Shown piece by piece: positions 17,951-26,218 of a stretch of DNA of 26,597 nucleotides (positions are counted from its first letter, which is position 1; each line of letters starts with the position of its first letter). The notes below the pieces were generated by a model. The model did not search any database. It was given only the letters and a program-made list of their open reading frames with translations, and was not told the origin of the DNA. The translations under genes and the position numbers were made by a program. Source of the stretch: Candidatus Sumerlaeia bacterium. Its GTDB lineage: Bacteria > Sumerlaeota > Sumerlaeia > SLMS01. The DNA lies in the NCBI GenBank assembly GCA_038208905.1, contig JBBQYG010000045.1, forward strand, positions 1-26,597, in the 5' to 3' direction.

Positions 17951-18271
17951 ATGATCCTGACGACCACCGAGTCTGTTCCGGGCTACCGTGTCGTGAAGCT
18001 TTGTGGCCTGGCCAAGGGGTGTAGCGTGCGGTCGCTGCATCTGGGCGAGGACCTGCTGGCCCAACTCAAGAACGCCGTGGGCGGAGAAGTCCACGAATAC
18101 ACCCAAGTCTTTGCGCAAACCCGCGAGCAGGCCCTTGACCGGATGATGCGCGACGCCCGCAGCATGGGCGCCAACGCGATCATTGGCGTGCGGTTTCAAT
18201 CGGCGGAGATCGCCTCGGGCGTGGCCGAGCTGATGGTCTATGGCACGGCCGTGGTGGTGGAGAAAGAGTAG
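17951..18271 (+). CDS. ybjQ: YbjQ/UPF0145 family protein
   Basis: MILTTTESVPG, LKNAVGGEVHEYT, REQALDRM..A..MGANAIIGVRF and ELMVYGTAV. Confidence 0.92.
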   Translation: MILTTTESVPGYRVVKLCGLAKGCSVRSLHLGEDLLAQLKNAVGGEVHEYTQVFAQTREQALDRMMRDARSMGANAIIGVRFQSAEIASGVAELMVYGTAVVVEKE

Positions 18272-18409
18272 GGGAAACCCGGCTAATCCATTTCCAACCT
18301 CAACAATGGCTACTTGGGATTGCTTCTGTGCCGGGGAAGCGCGACAAAAAACAACAACAAGCAGGGATCGTTGCATCCCGTTGCACCCATACCGCCGGAG
18401 GTCGTCCGA

Positions 18410-19036
18410 ATGTCCCGGAAGTGCTATTTAATCGCCTGCGCGCTGATGGCGCTCGTGCTCGGGGCCTCATCGGCCCACGCGACGCTCGTCGCGCTGATGA
18501 GCTTCGATGATACCGTCAAGGCATCAACCTATGTGGTGAAGGGCACCGTGACCGCCAAGGAGCCGGGCTGGATCGTGGACGGCGCGGCGCGGGTTCCCGT
18601 GACGCGCTATACGCTGACGATCGACACCGCGTATCTGGGCGAGGACGCGCCGACGTCGCTGACGCTGACGAATCCCGGCGGCGTTCAGCTTTCGCCGGAA
18701 CTCTATGCGCCGATGCCCGAGGGCTTCATCGACTATCCCATCGGGACGACGATGGCGGTGATGCTGTCCCCCACGGGCAAGGGCACCTATGCCCCGGCGG
18801 GGCTGCACCAGGGGATCTACTATGTGACGCGCGACAAGGCGACCGGCGCCGTTTCGTTTGAGCGTGCGGCGGGAACGGCGACGGTGGTGAACCACAAGGC
18901 GGCCCCGGCGCAGCCGCTCTTCGCGAAGACTGTCTATACAGAGGCGGAATTCGAGCAGGCGCTCTCCGCCGCGGCGAAGGCCAGCGGCAAGTCGCTCCGC
19001 GCCATCCGCAAGCCCGTGGCGGGAGGCGCGAAATGA
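18410..19036 (+). CDS. Secreted hypothetical protein (putative OB/NTR-like fold), coupled to the matrixin gene
   Basis: ATG 18410 after GGAGG, signal peptide ending AHA. Pattern SFDDTVKASTYVVKGTV..YTLTIDTAYLG..LTLTNPGG..QGIY. Stop overlaps the next start (ATGA). Confidence 0.75.
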   Translation: MSRKCYLIACALMALVLGASSAHATLVALMSFDDTVKASTYVVKGTVTAKEPGWIVDGAARVPVTRYTLTIDTAYLGEDAPTSLTLTNPGGVQLSPELYAPMPEGFIDYPIGTTMAVMLSPTGKGTYAPAGLHQGIYYVTRDKATGAVSFERAAGTATVVNHKAAPAQPLFAKTVYTEAEFEQALSAAAKASGKSLRAIRKPVAGGAK

Positions 19037-22000
19037 GCGTGTCTATACACAACCTCCTCCGCCTCGCGCTGGTCGCGGTGCTCTGCGCCGCCGGTCCCCC
19101 GGCATTTGCCTACACGCTCTTCGACGACGGCGGCGGGAATCCCAACGAGCGCAAGTGGGGACAGGGCGGCGTGACGACGGTGACCTACTTCGTGAACACC
19201 GCGGTGCCGGCGGGGGTCTCCCTTGCCCAGTGGGAGGCCGTCGTCGATTCCGCGATGACAAGCTGGACCAACGTTTCCAATGCGAACCTGGCATATGTGG
19301 ACGGCGGGCTCACGGCGCTGTCGTTTGACCTGAACGACAGCCAGAACACGATCGCGTGGGATACGGATGGCACGTTCCCGGGCGGAGCGGGGGTGCTCGG
19401 GTTTGCCTCTTCGTCGGTCTTCGGATCGGGGTTCATCGCGCAGACCGACATCTTCATGAACGGTATCGACCATTCGTGGACCACGACGGGCGCCGCCGGG
19501 CTCTTTGACGTGATGAACGTGATGGTTCACGAGTCCGGCCACATGAGCGGGCTCCAGCACTCCCCCGTGCGCGGCTCCACGATGTTTCCGTCGGCCACAT
19601 CCATTGGCTCGGGCGGGAACGACGGCACCACGTCGGCGGACTCCTCGCTCGACGACCGGTTGGGAATTCAGGCGCTCTACGGATCGACCACGGGCCTCGG
19701 CAGCATCGGCGGCACGATCGACTCCGACACCGACCACGGCGGCATCTTTGTGGGAGTCGTCAACGAAGCCACGGGCGACACGACGGGCGTCTTCACGGGG
19801 ATGCTGGTGGGCCAGGCCAACCAGGACTACCGGATCGACATGCTGGCGCCGGGGAACTACATCGTCTTCTGTCTCCCGCTCGACGACTCGCTGGGAATGA
19901 TCCCCGCAAACGCGACGAGCCTGGGCACAATCGACACGACATTCGAGCCGCGATTCTTTAGCAGTGCATCCGCGACAGGAACGGCCGACCCCTCGATGGC
20001 GAGTCCCGTGACGGTCATGGCGAACGTGGCGACGACGGGGATCAGCATCGACCCGCCGGACACCGCGCCGACGGAAAACGCGCAGACGACGAACACAAAC
20101 ATTACGGGATCGGGGAGCCTCGGCCAGGGCGGCGTGAAGATCACCTCCGCATCGCAGAACGTGCAGATTGTCCACGCATCGGCTTCCGCCGTGACGCACA
20201 CGCCGCTCGTGATCGGCGGCGGCGGAACGATGTCCAATCTGTCGAACACCGGGGCGTTCTTCGGCACCGACAGCATCTATGGCGCCACCACAAACCGCGT
20301 CTACAATTCCACGCTGACATCGACGAGCGCCACCGCGGGCGTCCTCAAGACGCTGGCGTTCCGCTATTCCAGCAACACCAGGGTGGAGATCATTCCCGGC
20401 GCCCTCGACTATACGATCAGCATCGGCAATACGAACCCAACCATCAGCATCGGCGGAACGGTCAACGTGACGCGCGACACGGCGGCCGCGCCGAACCAGA
20501 ACATCGGAACGGTAAGCGACGCACAGACGGCGGCGGGGAGCCTAACGCTTTCCACCAGCGGCGCGCCCGCTGGCCTCACGGTGGGGCTCTCCAACAGCGG
20601 CGGGGACGTGCTCGTCATCAGCGCCGCAGCGACCTGCGCGACCGCGCTCGGCAACCACACCATCACGGTTACCGTGACGGATGGCGGCGCGCTGACGGCG
20701 ACGGATACCTTTGTGGTGAACGTGGCGGACAATTCGGCGCCGACGCTGGGTGTCTATACAGCGAGCAATCCGGTGACAAAGCCGAACTCCATCATCGTGA
20801 CCCCAGCGGCCGCGCCCGCCGATGCGAATAGCAATATCGCCAGTGTTACCGTGAATCCAACGACGCTCCCCGGGGGCGGCACCATCAGCGTCAATTCGAC
20901 GACGGGCGTTGTCACCGTGCAAACGACGGCGGCATCCACCGCCACGACGACGAACGTGACGGTGACAGTAGCCGACAACTGCGGCGCGCAGATACAGCGT
21001 AGCTTCGACGTGGTGGTGAGCAACCCGCCGCCAACGCCATCCGTTTCGCCGACGCTCTCGCCCAGCGTGTCGCCGAGCATCTCACCCAGCACTTCGCCCA
21101 GTGTCTCGCCAACCGCGACTCCCTCGGTCAGCGCCACCGCGTCGCCAAGCGTGAGCATTTCCGCCTCGGTATCGCCCAGCATCTCCGCCACGGCGACCCA
21201 GGCCCCGACGGCGACACCGCCGATCACGGCGACTCCCTCCATCGCGCCGACCGCGACGCTCTCTGTTACCGTGGAGCCAACGGCGACAAGCGCACCCACC
21301 GCGACGCAGGCCCCCACCAGCACGCCGCCTATCACAGCGACCGTGTCTATACAGCCGAGCGAGACGCCAACGCCCACCGCCGAGCCGACGGCGACGACAG
21401 CGCCCACCGCCACGCAGGCACCGACGAACACGCCGCCGATCACGGCGACCGCGTCTATACAGCCGAGCGCCACGCCTTCCGTTACAGTGGAACCGACAGC
21501 GACCACCGCTCCCACCGCGACGCAGGCGCCGACGAACACACCGCCGCAGACTGCGACGCCGTCTACTTCGCCCAGCGAGACGCCGACAGCCACGATCGAG
21601 CCTTCACCGTCCCTTCCGCCGAGCCCGACCCAGACTGCCACGGTTCCGCCAACGGAGACGCCAACGCCCACCGTTGAGCCGACCGCGACGACGGCTCCAT
21701 CGGCTACTCAGTCCATTTCGATCACGCCGACCTCTACCATCGAGCCATCACCGTCGCTGCCGCCCAGCGCGACGCAAACGGCCACCGCTCCTCCCACCGA
21801 AACGCAAACGCCCACCCCGGAGGTCACCGCGACGCCAACCGCCACGACGGAACCCACAATCACGGCCACTGCATCGGCGTCGCTATCGCCCACCGCGAGC
21901 GCGTCGCCATCGGCAACCGCGACGCCCGCACCGGCGGCGGTAGTGCTTGAGGTGATTCTGGGAATCGAGGGTTCAACGCCTCAGACCGATCGCAACGGCG

Positions 22001-22044
22001 ACGGCGTAGTGGACGTGGCGGATCTGGTGGCGGCGGGTCAGTAG
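19033..22044 (+). CDS. Secreted matrixin-like (M10/metzincin) metalloprotease with Ig-like domains, P/T/S stalk and dockerin-like tail
   Basis: Signal peptide ending AFA, HESGHMSGLQHS zinc motif and STMFP Met-turn. Ig/cadherin-like ITVTVTDGG and VTVTVADNCG strands, long P/T/S linker, C-terminal DRNGDGVVDVADL. Confidence 0.9.
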   Translation: MSVSIHNLLRLALVAVLCAAGPPAFAYTLFDDGGGNPNERKWGQGGVTTVTYFVNTAVPAGVSLAQWEAVVDSAMTSWTNVSNANLAYVDGGLTALSFDLNDSQNTIAWDTDGTFPGGAGVLGFASSSVFGSGFIAQTDIFMNGIDHSWTTTGAAGLFDVMNVMVHESGHMSGLQHSPVRGSTMFPSATSIGSGGNDGTTSADSSLDDRLGIQALYGSTTGLGSIGGTIDSDTDHGGIFVGVVNEATGDTTGVFTGMLVGQANQDYRIDMLAPGNYIVFCLPLDDSLGMIPANATSLGTIDTTFEPRFFSSASATGTADPSMASPVTVMANVATTGISIDPPDTAPTENAQTTNTNITGSGSLGQGGVKITSASQNVQIVHASASAVTHTPLVIGGGGTMSNLSNTGAFFGTDSIYGATTNRVYNSTLTSTSATAGVLKTLAFRYSSNTRVEIIPGALDYTISIGNTNPTISIGGTVNVTRDTAAAPNQNIGTVSDAQTAAGSLTLSTSGAPAGLTVGLSNSGGDVLVISAAATCATALGNHTITVTVTDGGALTATDTFVVNVADNSAPTLGVYTASNPVTKPNSIIVTPAAAPADANSNIASVTVNPTTLPGGGTISVNSTTGVVTVQTTAASTATTTNVTVTVADNCGAQIQRSFDVVVSNPPPTPSVSPTLSPSVSPSISPSTSPSVSPTATPSVSATASPSVSISASVSPSISATATQAPTATPPITATPSIAPTATLSVTVEPTATSAPTATQAPTSTPPITATVSIQPSETPTPTAEPTATTAPTATQAPTNTPPITATASIQPSATPSVTVEPTATTAPTATQAPTNTPPQTATPSTSPSETPTATIEPSPSLPPSPTQTATVPPTETPTPTVEPTATTAPSATQSISITPTSTIEPSPSLPPSATQTATAPPTETQTPTPEVTATPTATTEPTITATASASLSPTASASPSATATPAPAAVVLEVILGIEGSTPQTDRNGDGVVDVADLVAAGQ
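21024..21935 (+). repeat. Low-complexity Pro/Thr/Ser coding repeats, including roughly 36-aa (108-bp) units
   Basis: EPTAT(S/T)APTATQAPT(S/N)TPP(I/Q)TAT occurs about 3-4 times and TIEPSPSLPPS(P/A)TQTAT twice. DNA copies are synonymously diverged. Confidence 0.85.
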
Positions 22045-22053
22045 GGCCCGTCG

Positions 22054-23016
22054 TCAGTGCTGGCGGACGAGGACGGTTTCGGTGAGGCGGCGCAGGTGGC
22101 CGAGTGGCTCGCTGTCGGGGAGGCCGGCGATGGCGTCCTGGGCGGCGCGGGTGTACTCGGCGGCGCGTTCCAGCGAGTAGTCGATGCTGTTCGTCCGGCG
22201 CACGATGGCGTGGACGGTCTCGAAATCGCGCCCGTTGTTCAGCGCGGCGACGAGCGCGGCGCGATCCTCGGGGGTTCCGTGGCGCAGCGCGTGCAGCAGG
22301 GGGAGCGTCTGCTTGCCCTCCTCGAGGTCTCCGCCCAGGCGCTTGCCCCAGGCCTCGCCGCTCGCCTCGTAGTCGAGCGCATCGTCGGTGATCTGGAACG
22401 CCATGCCGAAGTTGAGCCCGAAGCGGAACATGCGCTCGACGTTCTCCCCCTTTTCTCCGGCGATGATGGCGCCCAGGCCGGCGGAGGCGCTGAAGAGGTG
22501 GGCCGTCTTGGACTGGATGATGTTGTAGTAGTCCTCGATGGAGAGCCACTCGCCGCGCTTCTCGATCTGATAGAGTTCTCCGCTGGCCATCTTCTGGGTC
22601 GTCTTGGAGAGGACGCGGACGACCTCGGGGTCGAGGACCTCCAGCGCGAAATCGAAGGACGTGGCGTAGAGGTAGTCGGCGAAGAGGATCGCGACATCGT
22701 CTCCCCAGCGGGCGCAGACGGTGGGGCGGCCGCGGCGGAGCGGTGCCTTGTCGATCACGTCGTCATGGAGGAGTGTTGCCAGATGGAAGAGTTCCACCGC
22801 GGCGCCGAGCAACGTGTCGTGGTCGCCGGTGCCGTCGTACCCGAAAGCTCGTGCGGACAGGGAGACGAGGGCGGGGCGGAGCATCTTGCCGCTCCTGCCA
22901 CCCACATAGCGCGCGACCTCGCCCATGAGGGTCCCCTCGACGCGAAACGCGGTGTCGAGGTGGCGCCGCACTTGGGCGAGCTGGGGCTTGAGGTACTCCT
23001 GAATGTCCGACTCCAC
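22054..23016 (-). CDS. Long-chain polyprenyl diphosphate synthase (IspB/HepT-like)
   Basis: GKMLRP, ATLLHDDVID (Ala at -5 indicates long chain), RRGRPT and FQITDDALD. GTG start with GGAGG SD. Confidence 0.93.
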   Translation of the reverse strand: MESDIQEYLKPQLAQVRRHLDTAFRVEGTLMGEVARYVGGRSGKMLRPALVSLSARAFGYDGTGDHDTLLGAAVELFHLATLLHDDVIDKAPLRRGRPTVCARWGDDVAILFADYLYATSFDFALEVLDPEVVRVLSKTTQKMASGELYQIEKRGEWLSIEDYYNIIQSKTAHLFSASAGLGAIIAGEKGENVERMFRFGLNFGMAFQITDDALDYEASGEAWGKRLGGDLEEGKQTLPLLHALRHGTPEDRAALVAALNNGRDFETVHAIVRRTNSIDYSLERAAEYTRAAQDAIAGLPDSEPLGHLRRLTETVLVRQH

Positions 23017-23151
23017 GGCTGTTTCCTCCGGGATGTCGCCTCTGGCTGGGGTGACTTCGTGAAGTTTTTCACAAGCTCCGGGCCGATGGCGACGGCAACG
23101 CGTCTTGCTGCGTCTACCTATTTGCAGAGCGAGGATGTTGCCAAGGCGATT

Positions 23152-23520
23152 TCACGTCGCCGAGTCGGGCTTTTTATCGGTGATTCGGTGCAGCACGGTG
23201 TTGATCCGCTGGTAGTTTGCCGAGGACGGGTCATAGCGGAAGTGCAGGGTGGGGGTGAACTTGAGGTTCACCTCCTTGGCGATGCGCGAGCGGATGAACC
23301 CGGCGGAGTCTCGGAGCAGGGCTTCCATATTGGTGAGCGACCGGTCGTCGTCTGGAAGGTGGCTATAGAACACCTTGGCCGTGCGGAGGTCCTTGGCGAC
23401 CTCCACATGGGTAAAGGTAACGATCGGGGGGAGGCGCGGGTCCTGAATGTCCTTCTGAAACAGGTCGGACAGGGTCTGGCGAATCGATTCGGCAACGCGA
23501 CGGTCTCGGCTATGAAGCAA
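23152..23520 (-). CDS. rbfA: 30S ribosome-binding factor A
   Basis: RDRRVAESIR, IQDPRL, VEVAKDLRTAKVF, GFIRSRIAKEVNLKFTPTLHFRYDPS. Probable TTG start at 23520. Confidence 0.92.
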   Translation of the reverse strand: MLHSRDRRVAESIRQTLSDLFQKDIQDPRLPPIVTFTHVEVAKDLRTAKVFYSHLPDDDRSLTNMEALLRDSAGFIRSRIAKEVNLKFTPTLHFRYDPSSANYQRINTVLHRITDKKPDSAT

Positions 23521-23570
23521 TGGAACATCCAGAATGGGGGAAATGGGTCCGGCCAATGGCGAGAGGTTAG

Positions 23571-25922
23571 TTAGACGCGGATTTCCCCTGCAATGGAATT
23601 GATTGGGATCACGCGGGCGCGGCCCTCCAGCACCAGGTGGGCGTGGGGTTTCCGGAACTCGATCTCGGCGCGGTCCAGGCACAGGCGAAGGCCCCACGTT
23701 TGGAGCGTCTCGATGAGGGGCTCGGCCCGCGAACCCGCCGCCCGGCGCAGGCGCTCCTGCAATTGGCGCCGGTGATAGGACACCTGCTGGCGCTCCACAT
23801 GGGCGTCGGGCCAGACGTAGGCCTCCAGCCGCTCATATGGGAGTCCGTTCCCGGCGTTGCGGGCGAGGATCTCCAGCAGCCGGTACTGGTTCCGCGTCAG
23901 CCGGACCTCGTTCCCGTGCAGCCGCACAAGCCCCGTCGAGCCCTCCAGAAAAACCAGGCAAGGCGCGATCCCACACGGCGGCACGGGCGTCGCTCCGTTG
24001 CGGGTGGGGCGGGCAACCGCGGGTTCAGCCGGGGGTTCCGCGTGCCGCTCCGGCGCGCTCGCACGCAGGTACTCCTCCGCTACCGGAGACTCCATTTCCG
24101 CCGCCAACTCGCCAAACTGCGACAGAACGGCGCCGGCCTGGAGGAGGAATTCCTCCGCGATGCCGGGCGGCGAGAGGAACTCCCGCGCGATGGCGGCCAG
24201 CGATTCGCCCCGGCGGGCGGCCAGGTGCATCAGAACCCCCTTGGCCGCCTGGTGGATCCGCCGGGGGAGGCTGGCCTCGTCCTCCAGAAACTCGCCGAGA
24301 TAGCGGGCGAGGGGCGATGGATCGCGGGCGAGCTCCACCCTTAGCTGAATTGGCCAACGGGCCGATTGGCGCTCGTGGCGGTGGAGGGGGATCGACTCGC
24401 AAGTGGCGCCCCCGCCGAGCGCCACGAGGAGGAGCGCGGCCTGGCCGCCCTCCGCGCGGAAGCGCCGCAGCATCGTCCGCCAGCCCGTCACCGCGGCGGG
24501 GTCGGCGGTCCCCTGGGCGGCGATGCGCCCGGGCGGCAGAAGGGCCGCGTCGCCCGCCGGCGTCATCCGCCACAGGCCGTGGGAGGCCCCCATGTCCATC
24601 GCGCGGGAAAGGTCCTCCGGGCGCAGGCCCGGGAGCAGCTCCGCAATCCGCCCGGCGGGAAGGGCGCCATTCCAGGCGAGGGCAAAGGCAATCTGGCGCA
24701 GCGCCGTCGCCGGATCGGGCGTCGGGACCGGGCGCATGGGCTGGGGCGAATCGGGCTCCGGGCGGACAACCAGGCCAAGGCCGGGCCCCGCGCCGGGGCG
24801 GCCTGCGCGGCCCAGTAGGTTCGCCAGCTCGGCGGGGGTGGCCAGCGAGGCAGCCGCGGGGAGCACCAGCACCGTGCGGCATCCCAGGTTCACGCCCTCC
24901 GCCAAGGTGCTGGTGGCGACGCAGACATCCAGCGCGCCACCGCGCAGCGCCGATTCCACGCGGAGGCGCTGGGCGCGGGAAAGTGCGGCGGTATGCAGCC
25001 CCACGCGCGCGGCCAAAAGCTCTCCAAGTGCAGCATCCTCATAGTTCCACAACTCCTGATCGGGCGACCGGTCACTAGCCGGGGCCGCCAGCGCGCGGGC
25101 CACATGGGCGGCCTCTGCCCGGGTGGCGGCAAAGATCAGCACCGGGCGCGGCAGCATGGTCACTGCGCGGCGCAGCCCATCCAGGGGGGCCTCCGCGGAC
25201 CACGTGCCGAGGTCCAGACTCCCGCTGGCGCGCGACTCGGGATCGTTCCACCGCACGACGCCGGTCGCGGGATCCAGGTCGCCCAGGCGCAGGGGCTCGG
25301 GCCGGGTGGTGTCCTCGTGCAGGGCAATGCCCAGCGCCGCCGCCGCGGCGCGGCCCGCGGCGGGGGAGGACGTGAGCGCGATCACCTGGGGCGCCGACGG
25401 CCCCGCCAGCCAGAGCGCAAACAGCAACCCCACCGCGGGACCCCGGTCGTCGTCCTCCAACACGTGGACCTCGTCGGCCACCACCAGCCGCGCCGCCCGG
25501 CGCAGCGCCGGAGACCTCAACAGCAACGCCCTCGCCTTCTCGTAAACCGTCACCACCACATCGGCCCGGCCAGAAAGGATGTCCACATCCCCCGTCCGGT
25601 CGTCCCGGGTGGAGGCGATCACCCGAAACCCCGCCGGACCCAGCAGCGCCGAGAGCCGCCCCGCCACCTCCCGCGCCTGGGCCCGCGTCGTGGTCAGCCA
25701 CATCGCCGTCCCGCCCGCCTGCACCGCCCGGGCCAGCGCCAACTCCGCCACCAGGCTCTTCCCCGCCCCCGTCGGCGCACACAAAACCGCTGACTGGCCG
25801 GCCAGTACGCAGGACCGCAGCAGCAACGCCTCCTGACCCGGAAACAGCGGCGGAGGCGCGATCAGCCCCCGGGCAACGCCCTGAATCTCCTGTGGCTCGG
25901 CAACCGACGCGGCAACGCTCAT
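23571..25922 (-). CDS. Ski2/Hel308-like SF2 helicase with C-terminal OmpR/PhoB-type winged-helix domain
   Basis: APTGAGKS, TVYEK, DEVH, ATSTLAEGVN and GRAGRPG. C-terminal LTRNQYRLLEILA..YERLEAYVW..LIETLQTWGLRL. ATG 25922 follows a GGAGGT SD. Confidence 0.85.
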   Translation of the reverse strand: MSVAASVAEPQEIQGVARGLIAPPPLFPGQEALLLRSCVLAGQSAVLCAPTGAGKSLVAELALARAVQAGGTAMWLTTTRAQAREVAGRLSALLGPAGFRVIASTRDDRTGDVDILSGRADVVVTVYEKARALLLRSPALRRAARLVVADEVHVLEDDDRGPAVGLLFALWLAGPSAPQVIALTSSPAAGRAAAAALGIALHEDTTRPEPLRLGDLDPATGVVRWNDPESRASGSLDLGTWSAEAPLDGLRRAVTMLPRPVLIFAATRAEAAHVARALAAPASDRSPDQELWNYEDAALGELLAARVGLHTAALSRAQRLRVESALRGGALDVCVATSTLAEGVNLGCRTVLVLPAAASLATPAELANLLGRAGRPGAGPGLGLVVRPEPDSPQPMRPVPTPDPATALRQIAFALAWNGALPAGRIAELLPGLRPEDLSRAMDMGASHGLWRMTPAGDAALLPPGRIAAQGTADPAAVTGWRTMLRRFRAEGGQAALLLVALGGGATCESIPLHRHERQSARWPIQLRVELARDPSPLARYLGEFLEDEASLPRRIHQAAKGVLMHLAARRGESLAAIAREFLSPPGIAEEFLLQAGAVLSQFGELAAEMESPVAEEYLRASAPERHAEPPAEPAVARPTRNGATPVPPCGIAPCLVFLEGSTGLVRLHGNEVRLTRNQYRLLEILARNAGNGLPYERLEAYVWPDAHVERQQVSYHRRQLQERLRRAAGSRAEPLIETLQTWGLRLCLDRAEIEFRKPHAHLVLEGRARVIPINSIAGEIRV

Positions 25923-26218
25923 GGGTGGGACCTCCAACGATTGGGGTGCTGCATGGGTGGAGGCTGGATCGACGGCTGGCGGGGGCGCAAGCAGTATTTC
26001 GCCTTTTCTTCGCCACCGCGTCCGCGCCACAGAAACTGAGAATTAATGTGCTCCCTATCATGCAGTTGCGAGTTGCGACGGGTGGATGAGTTGGCGGTCG
26101 ATTGCGCTTCCCTTTGCTCCTATGGCCTCAGGCGCGAAAAAGTCCTCTTGAATATCCCCGTCTTTGCGTTGTAACATTGGTCGATTAAGGCTTCACACCG
26201 CGCCGGGAGAATCGGAAC

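Noticed and set aside
18369-18388. Direct repeat CGTTGCATCC CGTTGCACCC upstream of the matrixin operon
   Set aside because: Only two imperfect 10-mers, with no cognate regulator identifiable from the sequence.
21024-21935. Regularly spaced repeats as a possible CRISPR or non-coding array
   Set aside because: In-frame coding repeats with synonymous divergence and no unique spacers or cas genes.
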